Part shown: piece after piece, positions 19,142 to 28,636 of the stretch
Position numbering within the stretch: the first letter of the stretch is position 1
Layout: every line of letters begins with the position of its first letter
Source of the DNA: an uncultured Bacillota bacterium
Lineage (GTDB): Bacteria; Bacillota_I; Bacilli_A; RFN20; CAG-826
Direction of reading: 5' to 3'
Assembly (NCBI GenBank): GCA_949289845.1
Contig: CASEPN010000003.1
Coordinates: 11,154-75,153 of the forward strand
DNA length: 64,000 nucleotides
Translations under genes and position numbers: made by a program
Notes under the pieces: model-generated
Databases searched by the model: none
Seen by the model: the letters and a program-made list of their open reading frames with translations, nothing else
Told to the model about the DNA's origin: nothing

Positions 19142-19168
19142 CTTACACCACGAGAAAAGGAGAAAGAG

Positions 19169-20863
19169 ATGGAGCGATTCATTCTCGAGCATCATAGCGA
19201 TTCCCCCTTCTCTTTCCCCTTGGACGGGCACTCCCTCCGGGTGCGCCTCAAGGCGTGGAAGGGGTTCGCCCCCGCCCGCGTGGAAGTCCTCCATAACTGC
19301 AAGTACCGCTTCCATGAGGAGGCCTTCCCCCAGGAGATGGAGGAAATCGAAGAAGGGGAGGAGTGCCTCTACTTCCAGACCACGATCCACCAGGAGGACC
19401 CGCGCTTCGCCTACGCCTTCCGCCTCTATGACAAGGAAGGGAACGTCTCCTACTTCTCCGAGCTCGGCCAGACGGAGCGCTACCCCCTGAAGGAAAGCTT
19501 CTATTCCTTCTTCCAGATGCCCGCGGTGAGCGAGAGCGACATGGTGAAGGCGAACCCCCGCTTCCGGGGGCGGCTCTTCTACCAGATCTTCGTGGACCGC
19601 TTCGCGCGGAGCGAGGCCTTCCTCAACCCGAGGACGAACATGGAATGGGGGGACCCGGTCACCCCGAAGTCCATCGCTGGAGGAAGCCTCAGGGGGATCG
19701 AGGAGAAGATCCCCTACCTGAAGTCCCTGGGCGTGGGCGCCCTCTACCTCACCCCGGTCTTCGAGTCGCCTAGCAACCACAAATACGACACGACGGACTA
19801 CCTCCACGTCTCCAAGGACTTCGGCACGGACGAGGACCTCCGGAGGCTTTCGGAGAAATGCCACGAGGCGGGCATCCTCCTCGTCCTCGACGCGGTCTAT
19901 AACCACATGTCCGACCAGAACCCCCTCTTCCAGGACGTGCTCCTCCGGGGAAGGGAATCCCAATATTCGGATTTCTTCCGTTACGAGGGGGATTTGCCAA
20001 GGAAAGGCCATTACGAGACCTTCTCCTTCTGCGAGTACATGCCGCGGACGAACCTTGATTCGAAGAAGACGAGGGACTGGTTCGTGCGCTACGTATGCTC
20101 CCTCGTGGACCGCTTCGACATCGACGGGCTCCGGCTCGACGTCGCCGATGAGATCCCCCACCGCTTCTACCGCGAGCTCCGCCTCGCCCTGGAAGAGAAG
20201 AAGGAGGACTTCCTCCTCATCGGGGAGAACTGGCACGAGGCCAGCTCCTACCTCGACAAGGGCGACGAGCTGGACGGGGTGATGAACTACCCCCTGACGA
20301 AGGCGTTCCTCGACCTGGAAAGAGACCGCGAGACCGACGCCTCCGGCTTCGTCAAAAGGCTCGTGGATCTCAAGATGCGCTACAAGGACGGGACGAACCG
20401 GAACCTCCTTAATCTCCTTGGCAGCCACGACACCTACCGCTTCCTCACCGAGGTGAAGGGGAACGCGGGGCGCTTCCTCGGGAGCTACGCCCTCCTCCTC
20501 TTCCTCGAGGGGCTCCCTTGCCTCTACTACGGGGACGAGATGGGGCTGGAAGGTGGCTACGATCCCGACAGCAGGCGCTGCTTCCCGTGGAGGGAAGAAG
20601 ACCAAAATCCGGAGATACGAGAGGGAATGAGAAAGATTCTCTCCATCCGCAAGGAATATCTCGACGTCCTTTCCCCCGAGACGATCGAGGAAAGGGACGG
20701 GCTCATCCTCCTCAGGAGGGGCAAGGTGCTTCTCATCCTTTCCGCCTCGCCCCTCCCTCGCCCGATCCACGAAGGCGTCCGCCTTCTCTACTCCCATAGC
20801 CTCAAGGGGAACACCCTTTCCCCGGACGGGCTCCTAATCGCGCTCCAGGAGGATTTCCAATGA
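19169..20863 (+). CDS. Cytoplasmic GH13 neopullulanase/cyclomaltodextrinase-type alpha-glucan hydrolase
   Basis: YQIFVDRF, SNHKYDT.DY, LDAVYNH, catalytic GLRLDVADE, GENW, LGSHDT; no signal peptide. Confidence 0.93.
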   Translation: MERFILEHHSDSPFSFPLDGHSLRVRLKAWKGFAPARVEVLHNCKYRFHEEAFPQEMEEIEEGEECLYFQTTIHQEDPRFAYAFRLYDKEGNVSYFSELGQTERYPLKESFYSFFQMPAVSESDMVKANPRFRGRLFYQIFVDRFARSEAFLNPRTNMEWGDPVTPKSIAGGSLRGIEEKIPYLKSLGVGALYLTPVFESPSNHKYDTTDYLHVSKDFGTDEDLRRLSEKCHEAGILLVLDAVYNHMSDQNPLFQDVLLRGRESQYSDFFRYEGDLPRKGHYETFSFCEYMPRTNLDSKKTRDWFVRYVCSLVDRFDIDGLRLDVADEIPHRFYRELRLALEEKKEDFLLIGENWHEASSYLDKGDELDGVMNYPLTKAFLDLERDRETDASGFVKRLVDLKMRYKDGTNRNLLNLLGSHDTYRFLTEVKGNAGRFLGSYALLLFLEGLPCLYYGDEMGLEGGYDPDSRRCFPWREEDQNPEIREGMRKILSIRKEYLDVLSPETIEERDGLILLRRGKVLLILSASPLPRPIHEGVRLLYSHSLKGNTLSPDGLLIALQEDFQ

Positions 20864-22368
20864 AAGACAAGCGCATCATCCTTCCTCTCGCCGTCCTGGC
20901 GATCCTGCTCACTGGATGCGGGACCCGCGACACGACCTCCTCGCTCGGGAGCGGCGGAAGCGGCTACGACCCCGACGACCCGACCGTGAAGCCGGACGTC
21001 ATCCCCGCGGTGTTCGAGAAGTTCGAAGGGGAGCTCGAGAGGGACGTCGAGATCAAGGTCCTCGAGAACGGGAACGCGGACAAGGTCGGCTATAGGGACG
21101 TGCTCTTCGACGCGTTTAACGAGGCCTACAAGGAATACGGGATCACCGCGGTGGACGCGAACATCGGCGAGTACAACGACCTCGCCCAGATGGGCCCCTA
21201 CGGGACGGGGCCGGACGTCCTCTACCAGGCAAACGACATCATCATGGGCTACGTGGACGACAAGCTCGTCACGCCTCTGCCGACCTACTACATGCCTGAC
21301 TACAAGGAGATCCCGGCGACCGCCTGGAAGGCCTACGAGTCCTCCGCCACGGGGGAGAAGTACACCTTCGGCATCCCCATCAACGTCCAGACCGGGCTCC
21401 TCTACTACCGGGCCGACCTCCTCCCGGAGAACTGGGAGGCGGAATGGGACGATGACAAGAACGGCATCCCCGACATGGTGGAGAACATGAACGACCTCTA
21501 CCGGTTCTCGAAGATCCGCCACGAGGCGAACAAGGACGAGTACGGCCTCGTCTTCTCCCTGAACGACTTCTACTTCTCCGGTTCCTTCCTCTTCACCTAC
21601 GGAGGATACGTCTTCGGGAACGGGGACACCGACGACACGGACATCGGCCTCCACAAGGGCGATGCCGCGGTCGGGGCGAACATCGCCCGCACCTTCGCCG
21701 GCGTCATGAGCGAGGAATGCATCGACGACTCGGCGAAGCTGGCGATCTCGGGGAACATGGCCTCGGGCAAGTACTTCGCCTCCGTCACCACGCCGGATAA
21801 CTACGAGGTCATCATCAGCGCGCTCGCCGACCAGTACGAGGCCGACGGAAAGGGCACCGCCGAGGAATGCGACGCCCTCGCCAGGCAGAACCTCCTCTCC
21901 GTCCCCTTCCCCGACTTCCCGCTTTCCGGTGACCTGGAGGACGACTCGGAAGGGTTCGCTTCCGCCCTCACGATGGGCGGCATCAACGGCTTCGCCATCA
22001 GCAGCTACACCAAGTATCCGAAGGCTTCCCTCGCCTTCATCAACTTCGCCGCCTCCTACGAGATGGTGTGCCGGCGCACCGAGATGCTGGGGATCGCCCC
22101 CTGCCGCGAGGACGCAGCCGAAATCGCCGGCGAACTTTCCAAGCAGCTCTTCGAAAAGGTGGACGAGGGAGCCATCTACCTCATGCCCTCCCTCTCCAGC
22201 CTCAGCCAGGTGTGGTCTCCCGCCGGCTCCTTCTTCGGGGACCTCGCGGAGGACAACCTCATCCGCCCGGTCGCGGAGAGGAAGTACGACACCCTGGAGA
22301 AGATCCAGGCCGGACTTGAGAAGACGAGCCAGAACATCTACGACGCCATCCACATCCTCGGAGTCTAG
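20860..22368 (+). CDS. Maltose/maltodextrin ABC transporter substrate-binding lipoprotein
   Basis: Lipobox LLTGC; GPDV, FGIP..VQTGLLYY, MGG.NGFAISSY, MPS...LSQVW; operon context. Confidence 0.9.
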   Translation: MKDKRIILPLAVLAILLTGCGTRDTTSSLGSGGSGYDPDDPTVKPDVIPAVFEKFEGELERDVEIKVLENGNADKVGYRDVLFDAFNEAYKEYGITAVDANIGEYNDLAQMGPYGTGPDVLYQANDIIMGYVDDKLVTPLPTYYMPDYKEIPATAWKAYESSATGEKYTFGIPINVQTGLLYYRADLLPENWEAEWDDDKNGIPDMVENMNDLYRFSKIRHEANKDEYGLVFSLNDFYFSGSFLFTYGGYVFGNGDTDDTDIGLHKGDAAVGANIARTFAGVMSEECIDDSAKLAISGNMASGKYFASVTTPDNYEVIISALADQYEADGKGTAEECDALARQNLLSVPFPDFPLSGDLEDDSEGFASALTMGGINGFAISSYTKYPKASLAFINFAASYEMVCRRTEMLGIAPCREDAAEIAGELSKQLFEKVDEGAIYLMPSLSSLSQVWSPAGSFFGDLAEDNLIRPVAERKYDTLEKIQAGLEKTSQNIYDAIHILGV

Positions 22369-22370
22369 GG

Positions 22371-23801
22371 ATGAAAGCCTTCCTTAAGCGCCTGAAGGAA
22401 CTTCCCGGGAGGACGGCCGCCTTCTTCAAGGCCCTCCCGGGAAGGACCGCCCGCTTCTTCCGGGAACTATGGGGGAAGGCGGGGGACCTCTTCTCCTCCT
22501 TCCTGAACTTCTTCAAGAGCAGCAACCAGAACGTCCGCGCCTCCCTCTGCCTCATGGGGCTCGGCCAGCTCATGTACCGCCAGTACGGGAAGGGGATCGT
22601 CTACCTCGCCATCGAGATCGGCGCCGTCCTCTTCTTCTCCCTCGTCGGCTTCACCTGGATCTCGGGCTTCTTCACCCTCGGGACAATCGCCGCGGACCCG
22701 TGGACGGGACAGGAAGGCGATAACTCCGTCATCATGATGCTCCTCGGGCTCTTCGCCTTCGTGATCCTTATCCTCTTCCTCGTCCTCTACGTCAGCAACG
22801 TCAAGGACGCGAGGAAGAGCCAGCTGATGATCCTCGAAGGGAAGAAGCTCCCCTCCTTCCGGGACGAGCTGAAGGACCTCCTGGACAAAAAGTTCTACAA
22901 ATCCGTCCTCTTTATTCCGATTCTCGGGGTTTCCGTCTTCTCCGTCCTCCCGATCGTCTTCATGATCCTCATCGCCTTCACCAACTACGGCCCCGACCAT
23001 ATCCCCCCGAACCTTGTGGACTGGACGGGATTAGAGAGCTTCGAGACGATCTTCTCCGCGACGAACATCGGCTCGACGTTCGTGAAGATCCTCGGGTGGA
23101 ACCTCCTCTGGGCGGTCGCCTCCACCCTCGTGAACTATCTCCTCGGGCTTCTCCTCGCCCTCCTCCTTTCCAAGAAGGTGGTGAAGGGGAAGGCCTTCTG
23201 GCGCCTCTTCCCGATCCTCGCCTACGCGATCCCTGGCTTCATCACGTTGACCGCGTTCAAGTTCATGTTCTCCATGGGCGGCCCCATCAACGACATCATC
23301 TCCGACCTCGGAGGGACGCCCATCCATTTCCTCGGGCTCGACAACACCTGGGGCGCCCGCCTCATCGGCCTCATGGTGAACGCCTGGCTGACCGTCCCCT
23401 CGACGATGCTCCTCGCCACGGGAATCCTTTCCAACGCCCCCGCGGACATGTACGAGGCCGCCAGGATCGACGGGGCCTCCTCCTTCCGCCAGTTCAAGGA
23501 CCTGACGCTCCCCTTCGTTGTCTTCGCGACCACCCCGACCCTCATCACCTCCTTCATCAACAACTTCAACAACTTCGGGGTGTTCTACTTCCTCCGGGGC
23601 GACATCGTCCCCTCGGAAGGGTACACGGCCGCCAACGACACCGACCTCCTCATCAACTGGCTCTACCGCCTCTCCATCGACAATAACTACTACTCCATCG
23701 GGGCGGCGGTCTCCCTCCTCATCTTCCTCATCACTTCCCTCATCTCCCTCATCGTCTACGTCCGCTCGCCGGCCTACCGCAAGGAGGGGACCTTCCGATG
23801 A
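22371..23801 (+). CDS. Sugar ABC permease (MalF-like)
   Basis: IAFTNY, EAA loop MYEAARIDGAS, ITLP/LTLP, FNNF; multiple TM. Confidence 0.92.
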   Translation: MKAFLKRLKELPGRTAAFFKALPGRTARFFRELWGKAGDLFSSFLNFFKSSNQNVRASLCLMGLGQLMYRQYGKGIVYLAIEIGAVLFFSLVGFTWISGFFTLGTIAADPWTGQEGDNSVIMMLLGLFAFVILILFLVLYVSNVKDARKSQLMILEGKKLPSFRDELKDLLDKKFYKSVLFIPILGVSVFSVLPIVFMILIAFTNYGPDHIPPNLVDWTGLESFETIFSATNIGSTFVKILGWNLLWAVASTLVNYLLGLLLALLLSKKVVKGKAFWRLFPILAYAIPGFITLTAFKFMFSMGGPINDIISDLGGTPIHFLGLDNTWGARLIGLMVNAWLTVPSTMLLATGILSNAPADMYEAARIDGASSFRQFKDLTLPFVVFATTPTLITSFINNFNNFGVFYFLRGDIVPSEGYTAANDTDLLINWLYRLSIDNNYYSIGAAVSLLIFLITSLISLIVYVRSPAYRKEGTFR

Positions 23802-24631
23802 ACGCGAAAGCGAAGAAAGTCCTGACCGCCCTCTGGACATACTGCCTCCTCGTCATCGTCGCCTTCATCTTCGTCTTCCCCTGCCTCTGGCTCGTGATGG
23901 GGAGCTTCTCCGCGACGGGGAACCTCTATAACATCGATGGCTTCTTCGACACGAGGCTTTCGGTGGACGCCTTCGTGAAGCTATTCACCGACACGGCGAT
24001 CTACGACTATCCGAGCTGGCTCCTGAACACCTTCATCGTCGCGACGCTTTCCTGCATCCTCTCCACCGTCCTCCTCATCGGGACGGCCTACGTGATGAGC
24101 TACTTCGAGTTCCGGGCGCGGAAGCCCCTCATGAAGCTGACGCTCGTCCTTTCGATGTTCCCTTCCTTCATGGGGATGACCGCGGTCTATCTCCTGATGA
24201 CGCAGTTCAACCTCCTTAACAACCTCCTCGGCCTCGTCTTCATCTATTCCTGCACCGCGCCTCTCGGCTACTTGGTGCAGAAGGGCTTCTTCGACACGAT
24301 TCCCCACTCGATCTACGAGGCGGCCCGGATCGACGGGGCGACGAACGCGAGGATCTTCCGCACGATCACGCTTCCTCTTGCCAAGCCGATGATTGTCTAC
24401 ACGGCCCTCACAAGCTTCACCTGGCCCTGGAGCGACTACATCCTCCCGAAGCTCCTTCTTTCCGACGAGAGCAACTACACGGTCGCCGTCGGCCTCATGG
24501 GCCTCGGGGAGGAGGAATTCTCCCGCTTCGCCGCGGGCTCGGTGTTCATCGCCGTGCCCATCATCGTCCTCTACTTCGTCCTGGCGAAAAACATGGTGAC
24601 GGGCCTGACCGCAGGCTCGGTGAAAGGATAG
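23798..24631 (+). CDS. Sugar ABC permease (MalG-like)
   Basis: KGFFDTIP.SIYEAARIDGAT; GLTAGSVKG C-terminus. Confidence 0.93.
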   Translation: MNAKAKKVLTALWTYCLLVIVAFIFVFPCLWLVMGSFSATGNLYNIDGFFDTRLSVDAFVKLFTDTAIYDYPSWLLNTFIVATLSCILSTVLLIGTAYVMSYFEFRARKPLMKLTLVLSMFPSFMGMTAVYLLMTQFNLLNNLLGLVFIYSCTAPLGYLVQKGFFDTIPHSIYEAARIDGATNARIFRTITLPLAKPMIVYTALTSFTWPWSDYILPKLLLSDESNYTVAVGLMGLGEEEFSRFAAGSVFIAVPIIVLYFVLAKNMVTGLTAGSVKG

Positions 24632-24635
24632 CGAT

Positions 24636-26369
24636 ATGGCAAAGGTGGTTCTTTCCGACGTCTGCAAGGTGTACGGAGGCAAGGTCAAGGCGGTCAAGGA
24701 GTTCAGCCTTGAGATCAAGGACGGGGAGTTCGTCGTCCTCGTCGGCCCCTCCGGATGCGGGAAGTCGACGACCCTCCGCATGATCGCGGGGCTTGAGGAA
24801 ATCACCTCGGGGAAGATCTACATCGGCGACCGCCTGGTCAACGACCTCGAGCCGAAGGACAGGAACATCGCGATGGTGTTCCAGAACTACGCCCTCTACC
24901 CGCATATGTCCGTCTATGACAACCTCGGGTACTCGCTCCGCTGCTTCGGGGAGAAGAAGGACGTCATCGAGAAGAAGGTCCACGAGGTCGCGAAGATGCT
25001 CGACATCGAGGAGTTCCTCGAAAGGAAGCCCAAGGAGCTCTCGGGCGGGCAGAGGCAGAGGGTCGCCCTCGGGCGCTGCCTCATCCGCGACCCGGAGGTG
25101 TTCCTCTTCGACGAGCCGCTCTCGAACCTTGATGCGAAGCTCCGCGTCCAGATGCGAAGCGAGATCAGCCGCCTCCACCAGAGGATCGGGGGGACTTTCG
25201 TCTACGTCACCCACGACCAGACAGAGGCGATGACGATGGGCGACAGGATCGTCGTCATGAAGGACGGGCTCATCCAGCAGGTTGACACTCCGGAGAACCT
25301 TTACGAGCATCCGGCGAACACCTTCGTCGCGACCTTCCTCGGAAGCCCACAGATGAACCTCTTCGAGGCGAGGCTCGAGGGAGGGAAGGCGCTCCTTGGG
25401 GGCGAAGGGGAAGAGCCGCTCGCTCTCGACCTTCTTCCGGAGACCTTCCTCAAGATGGAGCATTACGAGGAAGGGCAGAAGGCCATCGTCGGCATCCGCC
25501 CCAGCGACTTCTCCCTTGGGAACGAAAAGGAGAGGGACGTCCTCGTGGAGAAGCTCGACCTCGTGGAGAAGCTCGGGAACGAGACCCTCCTCTACTTCCA
25601 GCTTCCCGGCAGGAAGGAGGCCACCCTGGCCTCGCTACGCCTCCAGATGAGCGACCGGCTCGAGAAGCATCCCTCCCTCAAGATCGAACGGAGCCACATC
25701 CACCTGTTCTCCCCGAAGGACGGGGTCTCCCTCAGCCGCCTCCGCGACCATGCCTTGGTCCCTGTCCGCGTGGAGAGAAGAAAGGGCGAGGCCTTCGTGG
25801 ACGGGTCGCTTTACCCTCATTTCGAGGAACGGCTTCTTTCCGAGGCCCCCGAGGGAAGCTTCGGGGCGACCCTTTCCCTTCCGATGGACGCGATCCATCT
25901 GGAGGAGGGGGAAGGGAGGCTCGCCCGCAAGGCCAGGGTCGAGGCCATCGACCAGTACAGCGGCTACCAGGCCGTCTACTTGCTCCTGGAGGACGGGACG
26001 AGGCTCACGATGCGCGCTCCCGAAGGCGGCCCCCTTCTCAGGAAAGGGGAGGAAAGGACTGTCTATCTTGAGGCGGCCAAGGGCTCCCTGCTCGTCGAAG
26101 GCAAGACCATCACCGGAAGCGTCCCCCTGCCCCATCCTCTCGTGGAAGCCTCCTTCCGCCTGATCGGGAAGTCGCCCTTCCTGTTCCTTCCTGACAAGGA
26201 ACTGTCCAGAAGGAAGCACTACAAGATCATCGCGATCGAGGACCTCAGGAACGAAGGCAGGATGGCCCTCGCCCTCGAGGACGAGAAGGGGCACCGCCTC
26301 GGGGTGATGATCCCCAGGGAGGAGAACCTCTACGTCGGGGAGATTCTCTTCGCCAAGCTGAAGAAGTAA
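24636..26369 (+). CDS. Sugar ABC ATPase (MalK/MsmX-like) with a C-terminal extension of about 210 aa
   Basis: GPSGCGKST, VFQNYALYPH, LSGGQRQR, FLFDEPLSNLD, YVTHDQ; extra OB/TOBE-like modules after the normal end. Confidence 0.92.
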   Translation: MAKVVLSDVCKVYGGKVKAVKEFSLEIKDGEFVVLVGPSGCGKSTTLRMIAGLEEITSGKIYIGDRLVNDLEPKDRNIAMVFQNYALYPHMSVYDNLGYSLRCFGEKKDVIEKKVHEVAKMLDIEEFLERKPKELSGGQRQRVALGRCLIRDPEVFLFDEPLSNLDAKLRVQMRSEISRLHQRIGGTFVYVTHDQTEAMTMGDRIVVMKDGLIQQVDTPENLYEHPANTFVATFLGSPQMNLFEARLEGGKALLGGEGEEPLALDLLPETFLKMEHYEEGQKAIVGIRPSDFSLGNEKERDVLVEKLDLVEKLGNETLLYFQLPGRKEATLASLRLQMSDRLEKHPSLKIERSHIHLFSPKDGVSLSRLRDHALVPVRVERRKGEAFVDGSLYPHFEERLLSEAPEGSFGATLSLPMDAIHLEEGEGRLARKARVEAIDQYSGYQAVYLLLEDGTRLTMRAPEGGPLLRKGEERTVYLEAAKGSLLVEGKTITGSVPLPHPLVEASFRLIGKSPFLFLPDKELSRRKHYKIIAIEDLRNEGRMALALEDEKGHRLGVMIPREENLYVGEILFAKLKK

Positions 26370-26382
26370 TTCCGTTTACAAT

Positions 26383-26409
26383 CTAGCACCAACATATTGA
26401 CACTGCTAA
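26383..26409. promoter_or_regulatory. CIRCE-like HrcA operator overlapping the clpB -35 box
   Basis: CTAGCACCA-N9-CACTGCTAA versus consensus TTAGCACTC-N9-GAGTGCTAA; promoter TTGACA(26397)-16-TATAGT(26419). Confidence 0.8.
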
Positions 26410-26460
26410 AACCATGGATATAGTACCTTCTGCCCGACAGGGTGAAAGGAGGGCTTTCCA

Positions 26461-28572
26461 ATGGAACAGGGAATGGAGAACTACGCCGCGGACGAGAACA
26501 TCCTTGAGAAGTTTGGCCGCGACATCAACACCGCCGTCGAGTCCGGGAAGGTCGACCCCGTCATCGGAAGAGACGAGGAAATCCGAAAAGTAATCCAGGT
26601 TCTAGCGAGGAAAACGAAGAACAACGTTGTCCTTCTGGGCGAGCCTGGCGTCGGCAAGACCGCGATCGTGGAGGGGCTTGCGGAACGCATCGTGAAAGAC
26701 GACGTGCCCGCGACCCTAAAGGGGAAGCGGATCTACGAGCTCGACATGGGGGCGCTTGTCGCCGGGGCCAAGTACCGCGGCGAGTTCGAGGAGCGCCTCA
26801 AGGCCGTCCTCAACAAGATCAAGGAGAGCGACGGGAAGATCATCCTTTTCATCGACGAGATCCATCTCATCGTCGGGGCGGGGAAGTCCGACGGGGCGCT
26901 GGACGCCTCGAACATGCTGAAGCCCCTTCTCGCCAGAGGGGAGATCGACTGCATCGGGGCTACCACCCTCAACGAATACCGCCAGTACATCGAGAAGGAC
27001 CGCGCGCTCGAGCGCCGCTTCCAGCCCGTGATGGTGGGGGAGCCGACCGTCGCGGACACGATTTCGATCCTCCGCGGCCTCAAGGAGCGCTTCGAGACCT
27101 TCCATGGGGTCACCATAACAGACGGGGCGCTCGTCGCCGCCGCGACCCTGAGCAACCGCTACGTCACCAGCCGCTTCCTCCCGGACAAGGCCATCGACCT
27201 CGTGGACGAGGCGTGCGCCGGGATCAAGGTGGAGATCGAGTCGATGCCCACGGAGCTCGACGAGGTCAACCGCAAGATCCGCCAGCTCGAGATCGAGCGC
27301 TATGCCCTCGAGAAGGAGTCGGACGAGGGGAGCAGAAAGAGGCTCGAGGCCCTCAAGGCCGAGCTTTCCTCCCTCAACGCGAAGTTCGACGAGCTCAAGA
27401 GGGAGTGGGAGAAGGAGAAGTCCGAGCTTTCCGAGTCCAAGTCCATCAAGGAGGAGCTCGAGAGGAAGCGCCTCGCCCTCCAGAACAGCTTTACCGCGGG
27501 AGATTACGAGAAGGCCTCCCGCATCCAGTACCAGGAAATCCCGGAGCTGGAGAAAAGGCTCCGCGAGATCCAGTCCTCCTCCAAGGCCGGCAGGATTCTT
27601 TCCGAGGTCGTGGACGAGGAAGAGATCGCCCGCATCGTCAGCAGGATGACCGGCATCCCCGTCTCTAGGATCGAGAAGGGCGACCGCGAGAAGGTTCTCG
27701 ATTTGAAGGACACCCTCAGGAAGAGGGTCATCGGCCAGGACGAGGCAATCGAGCTCGTGGGGAACGCCATCCTTCGCCAGAGGGCGGGCATCAAGAACCC
27801 CAGCCGGCCGATTGGAAGCTTCCTCTTCCTCGGGCCTACCGGCGTGGGGAAGACCGAGGTCGCCAAGTCCCTCGCCGAGGCCCTCTTCGACAACGAGAAC
27901 AGTATCATTCGCATCGACATGTCCGAGTACATGGAGCGTTTCAGCGTCTCCCGCCTCATCGGCGCGCCTCCCGGATACGTCGGCTACGAGGAAGGCGGCC
28001 AGCTGACCGAGAAGGTCAGGCGGGCCCCTTACTCCATCGTCCTCTTCGACGAGATCGAGAAGGCGAACCCCGAGGTGTTCAACCTCCTCCTCCAGGTCCT
28101 GGACGAAGGCAGGCTCACGGACTCCCAGGGGCGGCTCGTCGACTTCCGGAACACCGTCATCATCATGACGAGCAACCTCGGGAGCGACCTCCTCCTCCAC
28201 GGGGACAAGGCCGGGGTGGAGCGCCTACTCCGCCAGACGTTCAAGCCGGAGTTTCTGAACCGTATCGACGAGATCTGCTACTTCAATCCCCTTGGGAAGG
28301 AAGTCCAGCGGCAGATCGTCGGGAAGATGCTCAAGGAACTCAAGGCGAGGCTCGAGGAGCAGTACTACCTCATCGAATGGACGCCCGCGCTTGTCGACAA
28401 GGTGCTTGAGGAAAGCTATTCGCCCGACTTCGGTGCGAGGCCCATCAAGCGCTACATCCAGGACAAGGTGGAGACCCTCCTCGCCGACCGGATCGTCCGG
28501 GGCGAGATGCGGGCAGAGAAGCCTTACGTGCTGGATGCCTCGAAGGAGGGCATCTTCATCCGGGAGAAATGA
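26461..28572 (+). CDS. clpB: ClpB disaggregase lacking the N-terminal domain
   Basis: Begins at [16 protein letters not shown]. Two AAA+ modules ([16 protein letters not shown]), coiled-coil M-domain, GYVG loop, no IGF loop; 703 aa. Confidence 0.93.
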   Translation: MEQGMENYAADENILEKFGRDINTAVESGKVDPVIGRDEEIRKVIQVLARKTKNNVVLLGEPGVGKTAIVEGLAERIVKDDVPATLKGKRIYELDMGALVAGAKYRGEFEERLKAVLNKIKESDGKIILFIDEIHLIVGAGKSDGALDASNMLKPLLARGEIDCIGATTLNEYRQYIEKDRALERRFQPVMVGEPTVADTISILRGLKERFETFHGVTITDGALVAAATLSNRYVTSRFLPDKAIDLVDEACAGIKVEIESMPTELDEVNRKIRQLEIERYALEKESDEGSRKRLEALKAELSSLNAKFDELKREWEKEKSELSESKSIKEELERKRLALQNSFTAGDYEKASRIQYQEIPELEKRLREIQSSSKAGRILSEVVDEEEIARIVSRMTGIPVSRIEKGDREKVLDLKDTLRKRVIGQDEAIELVGNAILRQRAGIKNPSRPIGSFLFLGPTGVGKTEVAKSLAEALFDNENSIIRIDMSEYMERFSVSRLIGAPPGYVGYEEGGQLTEKVRRAPYSIVLFDEIEKANPEVFNLLLQVLDEGRLTDSQGRLVDFRNTVIIMTSNLGSDLLLHGDKAGVERLLRQTFKPEFLNRIDEICYFNPLGKEVQRQIVGKMLKELKARLEEQYYLIEWTPALVDKVLEESYSPDFGARPIKRYIQDKVETLLADRIVRGEMRAEKPYVLDASKEGIFIREK

Positions 28573-28578
28573 CCTCGA

Positions 28579-28600
28579 GGGGGCGGGAACGCCCCCTTTT
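28579..28600 (+). terminator. Intrinsic terminator after clpB
   Basis: GGGGGCG/CGCCCCC stem followed by TTTT. Confidence 0.75.
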
Positions 28601-28636
28601 CTCGCGCTTTCCCGCAAGGAGTGCTATATATCCGTT

